From the NCBI GenBank assembly GCA_951406725.2, contig OX597839.1, positions 20,150,001-20,214,000 on the forward strand: DNA of 64,000 bases, given 5' to 3'. The position numbers were made by a program, and so were the translations under genes. Under the pieces are notes generated by a model. That model saw nothing but the letters and a program-made list of their open reading frames with translations, did not search any database and was not told where the DNA came from. Source of the DNA: Octopus vulgaris (taxonomy: Eukaryota). Positions 27,947 through 43,060 of this stretch are shown here, one piece after another (position 1 is the stretch's first letter; every line of letters begins with the position of its first letter).

Positions 27947-28561
27947 CCGCACGTACACACAGTCAAGCATAAACACACACATACACATACACATACAACC
28001 ACGCGTGTTTCTGCAACTATACATATATACACATATAAATATATGTTTATGCATATCTGTGTATATATAGGCGTGGCTATGTGGTAAGTAGCTTGCACCC
28101 AAACTACATTTCAGCCTTTAGGGGTCGATAAAATAAGTACTGGTTTGTCATTGGGGGCCGATTACATCGACTTACCCCCGCTCCTCTACAAGAAACTGCT
28201 GACCTGCTGCAAGAATTTGAAATCCTTATTATTAGTCAATTGGTTAAGCATTTAAACTGTAAACCCGTCAATTGTTAGTTTCATCCTTTCGTCAGTCCGC
28301 CAGGCAATTAGGATTGTCAAAGTCTGCCATCCTTAACCGCTTCAACCGATTTTCCCCCCGCTATGCCAGGTCTTCTTCAGGTAGAGACAGCATATAATCT
28401 CTTAGGTAGTGTCGACGAAACAAATTTCACAAACCTAACTCAATGACTGACCAAACGTTCAATCAAACAGTGTCTTAGTTAATCCCTTAAATCGATTGAC
28501 CAATAAAAATGTACTCAAGCTGCTATAGTCTGTGTGTGTGGCTTAACCAATTGATGTAACT

Positions 28562-28945
28562 AGGCGCAGGAGTGGCTGTGTGGTAAGTAGCTTGCTTACC
28601 AACCACATGGTTCCGAGTTCAGTCCCACTGCGTGACACCTTGGTCAACTGTCTTCTACTACATTCTGGGCCCGACCAAAGCTTTGTGACTGGATTTGGTA
28701 GACGCAAACTGAAAGAAGCCCGTCGTATATATGTATATACATGTATGTGTTTGTGTGTGTGTGTGTCCCCTAACATCGCTTGACAACCGGTGCTGGTGTG
28801 TTTACGTAACTTAGCGGTTCGGCAAAAGAGACCGATAGAATAAGTACTGGATTTACAAAGAATAAGTCCTTGGGTCGTTTTGCTCGACTAAAGACGGTGC
28901 TCCGGCATGGCCGCAGTCAAACGTCTGAAACAAGTAAAAGAGTAA
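28562..28945 (+). mobile_element. SINE family A, full length
   Basis: Same head, body and tail as 21055-21458. Confidence 0.92.
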
Positions 28946-28990
28946 CTAATTACAAAAAAAAAAGTGAAATTAAGCCAGAGCGTATATATA

Positions 28991-29368
28991 CACTACCGTC
29001 AGAAATTAATTAGCACCCTTGATTTGCTCTTCACTCAAGGTATGTGCTGTCACCTAGTGGCCATATCTCGAACTATTGCTTTGTTGCGAGTTCACTTTTG
29101 CGCAGAACGATGACGTAACTTTGTTTGCAGAGCAGTTTGAGAGTCTACAGCCTTATGATGTTGACATAGCAGTGCAACAACAACTTGGAGTGCGGATGCA
29201 GACAAATTCCTTTGTTTAATAGATATAGGTAGCGCCTCGCAAGGACCGAAATCACACCATACTAAGTTTTCTCATCGCGTAAGACGTTTTGAACAGCTCA
29301 TAGGTTAATTGATTTAGCCTATTTAGTGTAGAAATTTGAGAAGTGCTAATTAATTTCTGACGCAAGTG
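28991..29368. mobile_element. Tc1/mariner-type MITE, 378 bp
   Basis: 26-bp TIRs CACTACCGTCAGAAATTAATTAGCAC / GTGCTAATTAATTTCTGACGCAAGTG (2 mismatches), with TA on both sides. Confidence 0.88.
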
Positions 29369-29383
29369 TAGATATATATCGTC

Positions 29384-29593
29384 TTTTATTCTTTCACTTG
29401 TTTCAGTCATTGACTGCAGCCATGCTGGAGCAGCGCCGTAAAGGGTTCTTTTTTTTTAGCCGAAGCAATTGACGCCAAGATTTATTCTTTGTAAACCTAT
29501 CGGTCTCTTACAACGAGCCACTAACTTACGGGGACGTAAACACACCAACATCGATTTTCAAGCATGATGCTCGGGCGACAAACACAGACACGA

Positions 29594-29634
<41 letters not shown>

Positions 29635-29774
29635 TTTCTATCCACGAATACGAAATCCCACTCACAAGGTTTTGGTTGGCCGGAGTCTCTAGTAGAAGAC
29701 ACTTGCCAAAGGCGCTACGCAGCAGGATTGAACCCGAAACCATATTCTTGGGAACCAATCTTCTTACCACACAG

Positions 29775-29778
<4 letters not shown>
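29384..29778 (-). mobile_element. Diverged SINE family A copy (other fragments at 12123-12269, 39065-39455, 7150-7230)
   Basis: Recognisable tail GTTTCAGTCATTGACTGCAGCCATGCTGGAGC and head CTTACCACACAGCC. Confidence 0.8.
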
Positions 29779-29845
<67 letters not shown>

Positions 29846-30298
29846 CATACATATATATATACACATATATATATATATATGACATATATATGCGTGTGTA
29901 TATGTTCTTAAAAGCTTGTGTATATATTATTATCTACATACATGTACGCATCACATGTGTGTGAGTATGTGCTACCTTTACGCTTGCATGGTTTTTCTAT
30001 ATGGTTCAATGCTTCTATATACATACGTGTATGTGGTCAGTGTGTGTGTGTGTGCGTGTGCGCGTGTGTGTGTGTGTGTATGCGTATATCTATGCGCGTT
30101 CACATTTGTATGTGTGCATACGCGTGCGTGTATATACGTGTTTGTGTGTGTGAGGGGGTGTATTTACGTGTTTATATCTGTATGTGTGAATATACATGTG
30201 TATACGTATACATATATGTGTGTGTATGTATACATATATATGTATACATGTGTGTATGTTTACGCATGTTTATTTCTGTATGTGACTCTGCATGTGTG

Positions 30299-30345
<47 letters not shown>

Positions 30346-31008
30346 GTTTGTATGTCTGTCCATATACGTATTTGCGAATGTGTATGTTTCAGTTTTGTGT
30401 GTGCCTGCATATGTGTCTGTGTACACGTACATATGTGCGTATATGTGTGTGTGTGCGTGCATATGTGTGTGTGTACACGTACATATGTGCGTATATGTGT
30501 GTGTGTGTGTGTGCGTGCATATGTGTGTGTGTACACGTACATATGTGCGTATATGTGTGTGTGTGTGTGTGTGCGTGCATATGTGTGTGTGTACACGTAC
30601 ATATATGCGTATGTGTGTATGTGTGTGTGCATGCGCATGCGCACTGCAGCCACGCTTAATCTTTCCACTTGATTATTTCCCTGTCAACAACTAAACTGAT
30701 GGTGTTTTACAGTATCGGTTAGTGCCGGGGTGGTGATTGCTAGGTGGTTGGGGATGCAGTACCCGGAGGTGGGTGGTGGTGAAGGCATAGTTAGGGTGGT
30801 CTCATTGTTGTGTATTTGTAGACGTGTAACGATGGTTTTGCAGCGTTACCATAGTAACATTGTTGTTGTTGTTGTTGTTGTTGTGAATTTTGTAGAAGCT
30901 TTCTCCGTTGTTACGGTGAGGCTGATAACGATGCTGTTGTCTTTAGCGTCGATGTTGTGTTTGTTGTTGCTGTTGTGAAGTCAACAGAATCGGTAGTGCT
31001 GGAGAGGC

Positions 31009-31039
<31 letters not shown>

Positions 31040-31154
31040 GGTCGTCGTCGTCGTTGTGGTGGTACTGGTTGTGTGATGTTGTTGTTGCTGCTGTTGTTCA
31101 AACTCACGTCACTGTCCTCTCTGAGTCATTTCCTTTTGCTCATTATCATTATTA

Positions 31155-31192
<38 letters not shown>

Positions 31193-31501
31193 GAGTGAGA
31201 GAGCAATTCATACCATCAAAGTGACACTGGGGTAAAATATACGAAGCCCAGTATACCCATCATGACTACACGTCTGATAAGGGTACACCAGGCACATGCA
31301 TCACAACCATATGTGCACGACATGGCGATCTCATATCAAGATAAACAGCACATGACCTTGCAGGTGAGGCCCAGTTAGAATTTTCTTCTGGTCGAGTAAC
31401 CCATCCCGCTCAAAATCTCCCTGAATAAGAGTTGTTTAAGCATGTTGAACAAAACACCCAGTTTCCCAGAAGTGAATTATTCAAATCCCAAAGAATTCCT
31501 C
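31193..31501 (-). mobile_element. TAA-associated non-coding interspersed repeat, copy 1 (truncated)
   Basis: Closely matches 31550-31845; (TTA)n on both sides. Confidence 0.85.
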
Positions 31502-31549
31502 ATTATTATTATTATTATTAATATTATTATTATTATTATTATTATTATT

Positions 31550-32082
31550 GAGTGAGAGAGCAGTGCATGCCATCAAAGTGACACTGGGGTAAAATAGACG
31601 AAGCCCAGTATACCCATCATGATTACTCGTCCTATAAGGGTACACCAGGCACATGCATCACAACCATATGTGTGCGACACCAAGATAATCAGTGCATGAC
31701 CTTGCAGGTGGGGCCCAGTTAGAGTTTTATTCAGGTTAAGTAGCCCACCCACTCAAAATGTCAGTGAATAAGGGTTGTTTAAGGATGTTGAACGAAACAG
31801 CCATGTTTCCAGAGGTGAATTATCCAAACACCAAAGAATTCCTCTCAACACATGGCTATGATGCTTCCCCACTACTTCTGCTCGTGATCAGAGATGCACA
31901 TATCGTCAGCCACTAAGGGATATGCTCAACTGGTTACGGTCAAACAACTGACAAGCAAATCTGTGGTATTGAGCAGAATATTTGCTGTAGCCCATCTTTT
32001 ATACCAAGACAAAATAATGTACATGATAACAATTCCAATCAGTTAAGATCAGAAGCCATGAGAGCCACTGCCTGGTACTGCA

Positions 32083-32085
<3 letters not shown>
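31550..32085 (-). mobile_element. TAA-associated non-coding interspersed repeat, copy 2 (longest)
   Basis: Same fixed end GAGTGAGAGAGCA as copy 1; (TTA)n on both sides. Confidence 0.85.
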
Positions 32086-32135
<50 letters not shown>

Positions 32136-32254
32136 ATTATTATTATTATTATCCAAATTACTCTATGTTTTTGACACAGTTTTCTATGAAGCTGAGTCAA
32201 TTGGACACTAGATATAAGGTCTTATCCATTCGCTAGAACTGTATGTTTTCAGAA

Positions 32255-32535
32255 ATACTCCCTCTCCTCGACTTACGACCGAGTTCCGGTCGATCTGGTC
32301 GTATGTCGGATTCACATTTTTCAACTGATGCTTGAAAGCGACTGAATGAGACAGTAGCAAGCAGTGGATGTCTGGGTCCGAGAAAGGCCTGTGTTGCCAG
32401 ATGCTGCCATAGTTACCATTCGCGCAGGTACCCAACGTCTGAAAATCGATTTTAAAAAAAATTCTATTTATTATTTATTTATTTAATTATTTATTTTTGT
32501 GGTCGTTAGTCGCATAGGTCGTAAGTAAGGTGTAT
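32255..32535. mobile_element. Degenerate Tigger-like MITE
   Basis: CTCGACTTACGACC at the left end and GGTCGTAAGT at the right, with internal GGTCGTA.GTCG subrepeats. Confidence 0.45.
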
Positions 32536-34019
32536 ATCATCTAACGTCTATATCATTTGTTTTGCAAAACTCCTGATATGAAATCGCGTGTTTACGCAAA
32601 CAGATTTTGTTACAATTCTGAGTATGGACCAAACAGACCAAGAAGAGACACATGGAACGGAGAGTCGCTGAGGAGGTCCCAGATGTGTGCCGAAAGATTT
32701 ACCACAAAGAACACTAAAATAAAAACAATAATTAAAATAAAGTATGAATATACAGTGCGTGTGTTCATTTGGCAAAAAAGAGATAAATAAGTGACCATCC
32801 CGAAACATTACTATTATTTATAGCACGCCTTCTTATTCAAGTCCTTTGGCAGTAGTTTGATGATGTGGCTTCATTGTAGTTTCTAGCAGCTTCCAAGAAA
32901 ATGAATAACATCTTTCATAGTCTTAGTAATGAGGTATATTCGCGTTGATAACGATAATGTTGGAAGCGGTGATAGCGGTGGTGGTGGTGGTGGTGGTGGT
33001 GGTGATGATGATGGTGGTAGATATGGCTGTAGTACTAGCTGTGTGGTGAGGTAGGGAGTGTGTGGTGATAATGATGTTGTTGCTATGGTGATAGTAGTAA
33101 TGGTGGTGGTGGTGGTGGTGGTGGTGGTTTTTGACTAAAGGTTGTTGCGACGGCGATGGTGATAATCTTGTTATGCTGTTGGTGCTGGTGGTGATAGAGG
33201 TGTTGGTGTTGGCGGCGAAGGTGAAGGTGGTGATGGTAATAATGGTTGCTATTGATGTGGAGGTGGTGGTGATGGTGTAGCCAGTTGGGGTGAAGCGGTG
33301 GCGGCGGTGGTGGTTATGGAGGCGGTACTGGCGCTGGTGGTGCTGGTGGTAGTGGCAGCGGTGGTGATAGTAGCAGTGGTGATGGTAGTTATGGTGGTAG
33401 TGATGGTGACGGCGGTAATGGTATTAATGGTGGTGGTGGTGGTGGTGGTGGTGGTGGCGGCGGCGGCGGCGATGATGGTACTTATAGTGGTGGTGGTAGT
33501 GGTGGTGGTGGAGGTGGTAGTGATGGTAGTGGTGGGGGCGGCGGTGGTGTTGGTAGTGATGATGGTACTTATATTGGTGGTGGTGGTGGTGGTGGTGGTG
33601 GTGGTGGTGGTGGTGGTGGTGGACGTGGTGAAGGCAGCGGTGTTGATGGTAGTGTTGTTGTTGTTGGTGGTGGTGGTTGTGGCGACGTCGTTGGTGGTGG
33701 AGATGGTACTTATAGTGGTGGTGGTAGTGGGTGGTAGTGTTGATGTCGGTGGTGACGGCGGAGTCTGAGATCATAGTATACGTTAGCGTCTCTAATAATA
33801 TTAATGTTATCACTGGACTGCTGTTGGCCAGAGACATCAACTTACCTCAAATATAATTACATCCTAATACAATAATAAGACCCGCTGATGACTGGCTGTC
33901 AACTTTGACCGATTCGGACAGATACACACAAGCATACACAGGCATACGCATGCGTACACATGCATAGCTACCAACACACATAAGCGCATACATACTTATT
34001 TATATGTAGATGCATAAAC

Positions 34020-34770
<751 letters not shown>

Positions 34771-34774
34771 ACAA

Positions 34775-35032
34775 TGCATGATCTTATAGATTGGGCCAGT
34801 TAGCATTTCATTCAGATCAAGCAATGCATCCCACACAAAATAAGGGCTGTTTAAGGATGATGAACAGAGGTCATGCGCTGTTTGCCTTAAAATAAGAGAT
34901 CCATGTCGTGCACATATGGTTGTGATGCGTGTGCCTGGTGTACCCTTATCAGACGGGTAGTCATGATGGGTATACTGGGCTTCGTATATTTTACCCCAGT
35001 GTCACTTTGATGGCATGCACTGCTCTCTCACT
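34775..35032 (+). mobile_element. TAA-associated repeat, copy 3, with inverted 5' portion
   Basis: 34868-35032 is the reverse complement of the fixed end and runs into (TAA)n. 34775-34867 is the adjacent segment in the opposite orientation. Confidence 0.8.
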
Positions 35033-35033
35033 T

Positions 35034-35105
<72 letters not shown>

Positions 35106-35490
35106 TGAAATAGAAACTGGCAAAATGTGGAACCTGAAGACTAAAACAATGCCTGTTGCCATAGGTGGCCAAGGAATGATAGCAAATGGGGCTGATTGCT
35201 ACCTAGCTCAGATACTAAGAAACCCGAAAATGGAGGAAATTCAAAAGATAATGCTCATGGGGACTGCCCATATCCTACGTAAAATATTGTCTATGTAATC
35301 TCAAATTTTAAAACAGACATACTTTTCTTGTGGTTTCTTAAACATTCTCTAGAACAACACTATGTACAAAACCAAATATATAGCACCCTAGGCATAACAC
35401 CAACATGAACTTCCAGCTTGTTGTCTCTTCAGGCCTCTGGGTGAGACTTGGAGCCAACTTGTACAAATGTAAAGCAAAAGTCAAACATAA
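35106..35490 (+). mobile_element. R4/Dong-like non-LTR retrotransposon 3' end within (TAA)n
   Basis: Frame EIETGKMWNLKTKTMPVAIGG...IQKIMLMGTAHILRKILSM* resembles the C-terminus of restriction-like-endonuclease LINEs. TAA repeats on both sides. Confidence 0.8.
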
Positions 35491-36545
35491 AATAATAATG
35501 AAGATGATAATGATGATGATGATGATGATAATAATGATGATGATGACGATAATGAGGATAACAATCCTTTCTACTATAAGCACAAGGCTTGAAATTGGGG
35601 ATAACTGGTGCTTAATTCATCGACCCCGAAAGAATGAAAGGCAAAGTCGACCACAGCGGAATTTGAACTCAGAACGTAACGGCAGACGAAATACCGCTAA
35701 GCATTTCGCCCGGCGTGCTAACGATTCTGCCAGCTCGCCGCCTTAATAAGAATAGCAACTGCAACAACAACAAAAAAACAGCAGCAGCGACAACGACGAC
35801 GACGACGATGACAACAACAACAACAATAGTAATAATAATAATAATAATAATAATACACTGACCAGAGATACTTCGAATACGAGAGCAATGACAAGTGCAT
35901 CAAGAACTAAAACATTAACAACTGAAAAAACAACAACAGCAACAACAATAAGTACAACCACACTGACATCAATAACAACAACATCAGCTGCATGGACAAC
36001 GAACTCTGCAACAACAAAAATAATAAAAACTACAACAACAATTACAATTAGAACGCTAATGTATAAGGTTACCGCTGAACGCAACATTCGTTCGTAAAGG
36101 GAACTATCTATCACGTGATCAATGTCCAGTCGGTGGAAAGTTGTACCAGTTTATCAGCAAAATGGCGTAGATGTTAATTAGATAGTCTGATAGCGGCCGC
36201 CATCATTAATTTCCATCTATCGTTGATATATCTCTGAACACGACCTTTTCATACAAGGTTTTATATCCTACATCCATCAGTACGAACAAGGCTACTGATA
36301 TCGGTCATCGAAAGAGCCTCTAAGTGGTTACTGGTCTTGCTAGATATAGCAGCTTAATATCATTTAAACAACATATGTCGATACGTTCTACAAACGCTGA
36401 AACACTGAACCGAAGCGAGATATTTAACTACACAGCTATACCTGGGGTGCCCCCACAAATATGTATGTAGTTACAGGCGTGGCTGTGTGGTAAGAAGCTT
36501 GCTTCACAGCGACAATGGTTCACTCTTCAGTTCTCATTGCATGTA

Positions 36546-36593
<48 letters not shown>

Positions 36594-37100
36594 TATATAT
36601 ATACATATATATATATATATATGTATATATTAATAAATAAAACATATGCATATATGTATAAAACATATACATATATGTACGCACCTACCTCTACATGTAT
36701 ATATACACGCATATATGAGTACAGGACACCAAAAACGTCGAACACAATGACAAACGAAAACATAGACACAAACCCAAGGAACTGGGCATTTTTCTTAAAC
36801 AACAAAAAAATAGAGTACAGGACAAATAACACAAGGAAAAAACCCCTTCTTCAGTCGCCATGGTTTCATCTACTCTACGTTTCGAAGGTGAAGGCGAGAC
36901 GTATCTTCGAAAGAAACTTTCCTTCCTGCGAAAAGCAAATCAAAAAAAATTTGAGATCTTTTTGCAGAGGGGTAAAAATGGTAACAAAACCAGGACAGTA
37001 ACGACATGTTTGTGTGCATGCATGTATGTATGTATGTGTGTGTGTATGTATGTGTGTGTGTATGTGCGTATGAATGCATGTATGCATGTATGTACGTATT

Positions 37101-37131
<31 letters not shown>

Positions 37132-37473
37132 ATGTATGTATAACTTTGTATTGGCGTTTCTATGCAAGATTTCCTCCTAGACTTCCGAAACCTCGTCTAA
37201 AAGATTAAAAGGGTTACAAAAAATTCTTTGAAATGTAGAAAAACCCCTTCTCCCTAATTCTAAGCAAGAAACAAAAAGAGAACAAAAACACCTCAAGGTA
37301 TCCCCAAAAGGGCCAAAAGGCATACAAGTAGAAAAACAAAAACCAAACCAAATAAAACGAAATAACAAACGATGGAAACTATCAGTTATCCATTCTTCAG
37401 GGGACAGAGAGACCCTCTATCTCACATATCCAGGTGCGAATATCATTTAGGGTAAATAATAATGATAATAATG

Positions 37474-37535
<62 letters not shown>

Positions 37536-37637
37536 GAGGAGGATGGTGATGGTGATGATGATGATAATGATGATGATGATGATGATGATGGTGATGATGA
37601 TGTGATGATACCGATAATGATGATGAGGTGGAAGATG

Positions 37638-37668
<31 letters not shown>

Positions 37669-37698
37669 TGAGGAGGAGGAGGAGGAGGATGGTGATGG

Positions 37699-37739
<41 letters not shown>

Positions 37740-37800
37740 GTGATGATGGTGATGATGATGTGATGATACCGATAATGATGATGAGGTGGAAGATGATAAC

Positions 37801-37864
<64 letters not shown>

Positions 37865-38336
37865 GCGAAATCTATATACGAATAGGAAAAGCTAAGAAAA
37901 TGGGAGAATCTGAGAGAAAACTTTGAAAATATAAACTTTATGACTGAAAACAATTTTTTTAACGTAACCTCTGGAGGGACACAAAGCAATCAAGTCGGGT
38001 TTTTTTTACTGCTCTTGTGTTTATGATTTTGCTGAGTATTTTTTTCCTGTTATTCTGTGGTTATGTTTTTTTTTTCTTTTATTTCGTGAGTAGCAGACAA
38101 ACGGAATTTGGAAGTTAGTAAAATAGGAAAAAAGAAAAAAAAAAGAAGAAGAAGAACGAGAGAGAGAGACTAGAATAAAGAGTTTTATGACGTGTCGGGG
38201 GAATGACTTTAAACTGATGGTTGTACTCTAGGTATCTTCCTTTATATGCGTTATTTTCAGGAGTGGAAAGAGTCAGTTCAGAGTGTTGTGTTTTTTCCTT
38301 TATATATATATGTGTATATCTATCTATCTATCTATA

Positions 38337-38382
<46 letters not shown>

Positions 38383-38404
38383 TATGTATATATATATATG
38401 TATT

Positions 38405-38439
<35 letters not shown>

Positions 38440-39518
38440 ATGTATGTATATATATATATATACGAGTGTGTCTGTGTGTATCTGTATGAGTGTGTACGTG
38501 TGTGAGTGTATGCATATGTGTGTGCGCGCATGTGTGCCTGTCTATTTGAGAGGGTGCGCGTATGCGTGTGTATGTATATATATATATATGTATATATATG
38601 TGTGTGTGTGTGTGTACATGTATATATGTATACACACATATATATATATATATACATGTATACATACATGTGCGTATGTATGTATGTATCCATGTATGTA
38701 TGTATGTATGTGTGTGTATGTATGTATGTATGTATGTATGTATGTATGTATGTATGTATGTATGTATGTATGTATGTATGTATGTATGTATACTCCAAAA
38801 GTTAAGAAAGAAATGCAAAGATGAGGAGAAAAAAACAGCAGTGCGTATTTGTTTAACGCTCAGGAAAAATGGAAGACGTCTTTAACGTTTCGAGTCTATA
38901 CTTCTCAAAAGAAAGGATAAAAGAAGAGAGAAAATAGAAATTGAGAGAGAAAAATTATTGATATGCATAGAAAACACAGTCAGCCGGGATGCTCTGACGT
39001 CAGCTAATTCCCCATGTTGGCCCCAGACACAAACATTTGGTTTTGTCTTCCCTTCTTGTATGATTTGCTTATTTCGATCATTTGACTGCGGCCATGCTGG
39101 GGCACAGTGTCGAAGGTTTTAGTGGAGCAAATCGACCCCCAAGATTCTTTTTTAAAGTCTATCGGACGCTTTTGCCGAACCGCTAAGTTACGGGGACGGA
39201 GAGACGCCAGCTCCGATTGTCAAACGGTGTTTTCCGGGTTCAGTCCTACTGCGTGGAAACTTAGGCAAGTGTCTTCTGCTGTAACCTCGAGCCGGCCAAA
39301 GCCTTGTGAGTGGATTTCGTAGTGGATTTGGTAGACGCCCTTGTAGCTTAGAAGCTCGGCAAAAGAAACCGATAGAATAAGTACAAGGCATACAAAAAAA
39401 AATGAAACGACAGTCCTGGGGTCGATTTGTTCGACTACAACCTTTAAAGAAGATTGGGGATAGTCTGCTTCCAATAACTATACCACACAGATACAAACGC
39501 GCACATACACGTATTTAA

Positions 39519-39561
<43 letters not shown>

Positions 39562-39563
39562 TA

Positions 39564-39971
39564 CTCTCTCTTTACTCTCTTTTACTTGTTTCAGTCATTT
39601 GACTGCGGCCATGCTGGAGCACCGCCTTTAATCAAGCAACTCGACTCCGGGACTTATTCTTTGTAAGCCCAGTACTTATTCGATCGGTCTCTTTTGCCGA
39701 ACCGCTAAGTGACGGGGACATAAACACACCAGCATCGGTTGTCAAGCAATGCTAGGGGGACAAACACAAACATACACGCACACACACATATACATATATA
39801 TACATATATACGACGGGCTTCTTTCAGTTTCCGTCTACCAAATCCCCTCACAAGGCTTTGGTCGGCCCGAGGCTATAGTAGAAGACACTTGCCCAAGGTG
39901 CCACGCAGTGGGACTGAACCCGGTACCATGTGGTTGATAAACAAGCTACTTACCACACAGCCACTCCTGCG

Positions 39972-39974
<3 letters not shown>
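39564..39974 (-). mobile_element. SINE family A, full length
   Basis: Same head, body and tail; flanked by (TA)n. Confidence 0.92.
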
Positions 39975-40014
<40 letters not shown>

Positions 40015-40015
40015 T

Positions 40016-40446
40016 ATCATCATCATCATCATTGTTTAACGTCCGTTTTCCATGCTAGCTTGGGTTGGACGGTTCGAACGGGGTCTGGGAGCTAGAAGGC
40101 TGCACCAGGCTCTAGTCTGATCTGGCAGTGTTTCTACAGCTGGATGCCCTTCCTAACGCCAACTACTCCGTGAGTGTAGCGGGTGCTTTTTACGTGCCAC
40201 CGGCACAGGTGCCAGGTGGCGCTGGCATCAGCCACGTTCTGATGGTGCTTTCTACGTGACACCGGCGCGGGTATCATAACTACAATTTCCATATGATTTT
40301 CATTTTGATGTTGATGTTGACGTACTTGACTTACTACATCTCCTCAAGCACACCAGGTCACTCTACGATCCAAGATCCATTTGTCGGGTCTTCGCAATCA
40401 CAGCATATCTCAGAGGTGTCGGTCTCTCGCCATTTCCTCTGTGAGA

Positions 40447-40448
<2 letters not shown>
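40016..40448 (-). mobile_element. RTE-like LINE 3' end, second subfamily
   Basis: Minus strand reads GLTEEMARDRHL..YAVIAKTRQ. Same terminal block and (GAT)n tail as 55095-55277. Confidence 0.75.
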
Positions 40449-40512
<64 letters not shown>

Positions 40513-40802
40513 TAATATATATATATATATATATATAGTGTGTGTGTGTGTGTGTATGTATACATATTATATATATTTATATATGTGTATCTGTGTGAAT
40601 ATAAAAGAATACATATTTATACATATGCATTGAAATTCTTACGTATACACACACACACATACATATATATTTACACATATATATATATATATATATGTAA
40701 ATACCTGTATATACATATATATACTCACACATGTATATATAAATATATCTATATATATATATATATATATACATATGTAGAAATATGTATACACATACAT
40801 AC

Positions 40803-40845
<43 letters not shown>

Positions 40846-40936
40846 AATACCTGTATATACATATGTATACTCACACATATATATATAAATATATCTATAT
40901 ATATAAATATATATACATATGTAGAAATATGTATAC

Positions 40937-40997
<61 letters not shown>

Positions 40998-41289
40998 AAT
41001 CCAAATTATCACTCCGTTGGGGTAACATAAGATGTGTATTCCTGTAATAGTTATTACCAAATCAAACTCTGCTTTTTCGTTTTGTTCTTCTCCTATATTT
41101 TTCCTTCTTCTCTTCCTTGTATATCCCTTGGGATGTTTCCAGTTTTTTCTCCATCATATTATTGCTATATATATATATATTTGCACCTTTTTATCTATAT
41201 ATATATTTACGTTTTTTATGTGTGTAACTTTTATAATATATGTCATTGAATTTAGCTGACCTTGTTCTTTGTGTTATTCTTTATATGGA

Positions 41290-41990
<701 letters not shown>

Positions 41991-42240
41991 TGCGTCTATA
42001 CAACTCTTCCTTACGTTATATGTAAATGTAAAGAACGCTTATGTCATTTTACGTTTTGTTCGTTTCTTCTCTTTTCTTTTCTTTGGGGTTTGTTTCTCCT
42101 GTTAATATCGATTTTCATTCATCTCTTCTCTTTTGTTTCTTTATGATGTCTCCTATGAGAAAATCGTTTGCTACGATAATCGGTCATACTATCTGTCTAG
42201 GAAAAACATATTCACATCTGTAAACATGTATGTGTATATA

Positions 42241-42659
42241 CTCTTTACTCTCTTTTTACTCTCTTACTTATTTCAGTCATTTGACTGCGGCCATGCTGCA
42301 GCACCGCCTTTAGTCGAGCAAATCGACCCCGGGACTTATTCTTTTTGTAAGCCCAGTACTTATTCTATCGGTCTCTTTTGCCGAACCGCTAAGTTACGAG
42401 GACATAGTATCGGTTGTCAAGCGATGTTGGGGGGACAAACACAGACACAAACACACACACACACACACATACATACATTTATATGTATACATATATACGA
42501 CAGGCTTCTTTCAGTTTCCGTCTACCAAATCCACTCACAAGGCATTGGTCGGCCCGGGGCTATAGCAGAAGACACTTGCCCAAGATGCCACGCAGTGGGA
42601 CTGAACCCGGAACCATGTGGTTGGTTAGGAAGCTACTTACCACACAGCCACTCCTGCGC
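42241..42659 (-). mobile_element. SINE family A, full length
   Basis: Same head, body and tail. Confidence 0.92.
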
Positions 42660-42696
42660 TTATACCTTTGCTATTCTTTTGTTCTTTTTATTCTTT

Positions 42697-42895
42697 TATT
42701 GGTTTCAGTCATTTGACTGCGGCCATGCTGCAGCACCACCTTTTGGTCGAACAAATCGTCCCCAGGAATTATTCTTTGTAAGCGTAGTGCTTCTTCCATC
42801 GGTCTCTTTCGCCGAAGTGCTATGTTACGAGGACGTAAACACACCAATTTCTGTTGTCAAGCAAAGGTAGGTTGGTTGGACAAACACAGACACAC
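42697..42895 (-). mobile_element. 3' half of a diverged SINE A (5' half at 49511-49666)
   Basis: Tail and distal body only, ending at the internal microsatellite. Confidence 0.8.
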
Positions 42896-42942
42896 AAGTA
42901 CATACATACATACATGCATACATACATACATACATGCATACA

Positions 42943-42974
<32 letters not shown>

Positions 42975-43001
42975 CACACACACATACATACATGCATATA
43001 T

Positions 43002-43054
<53 letters not shown>

Positions 43055-43060
43055 CATATA

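Noticed and set aside
32035-32085. Faint resemblance to U2 snRNA segments (ATCAGTTAAGATC, CCTGGTACTGCA)
   Set aside because: The matches are short, mismatched and wrongly spaced, with no Sm site or U2 5' stem.
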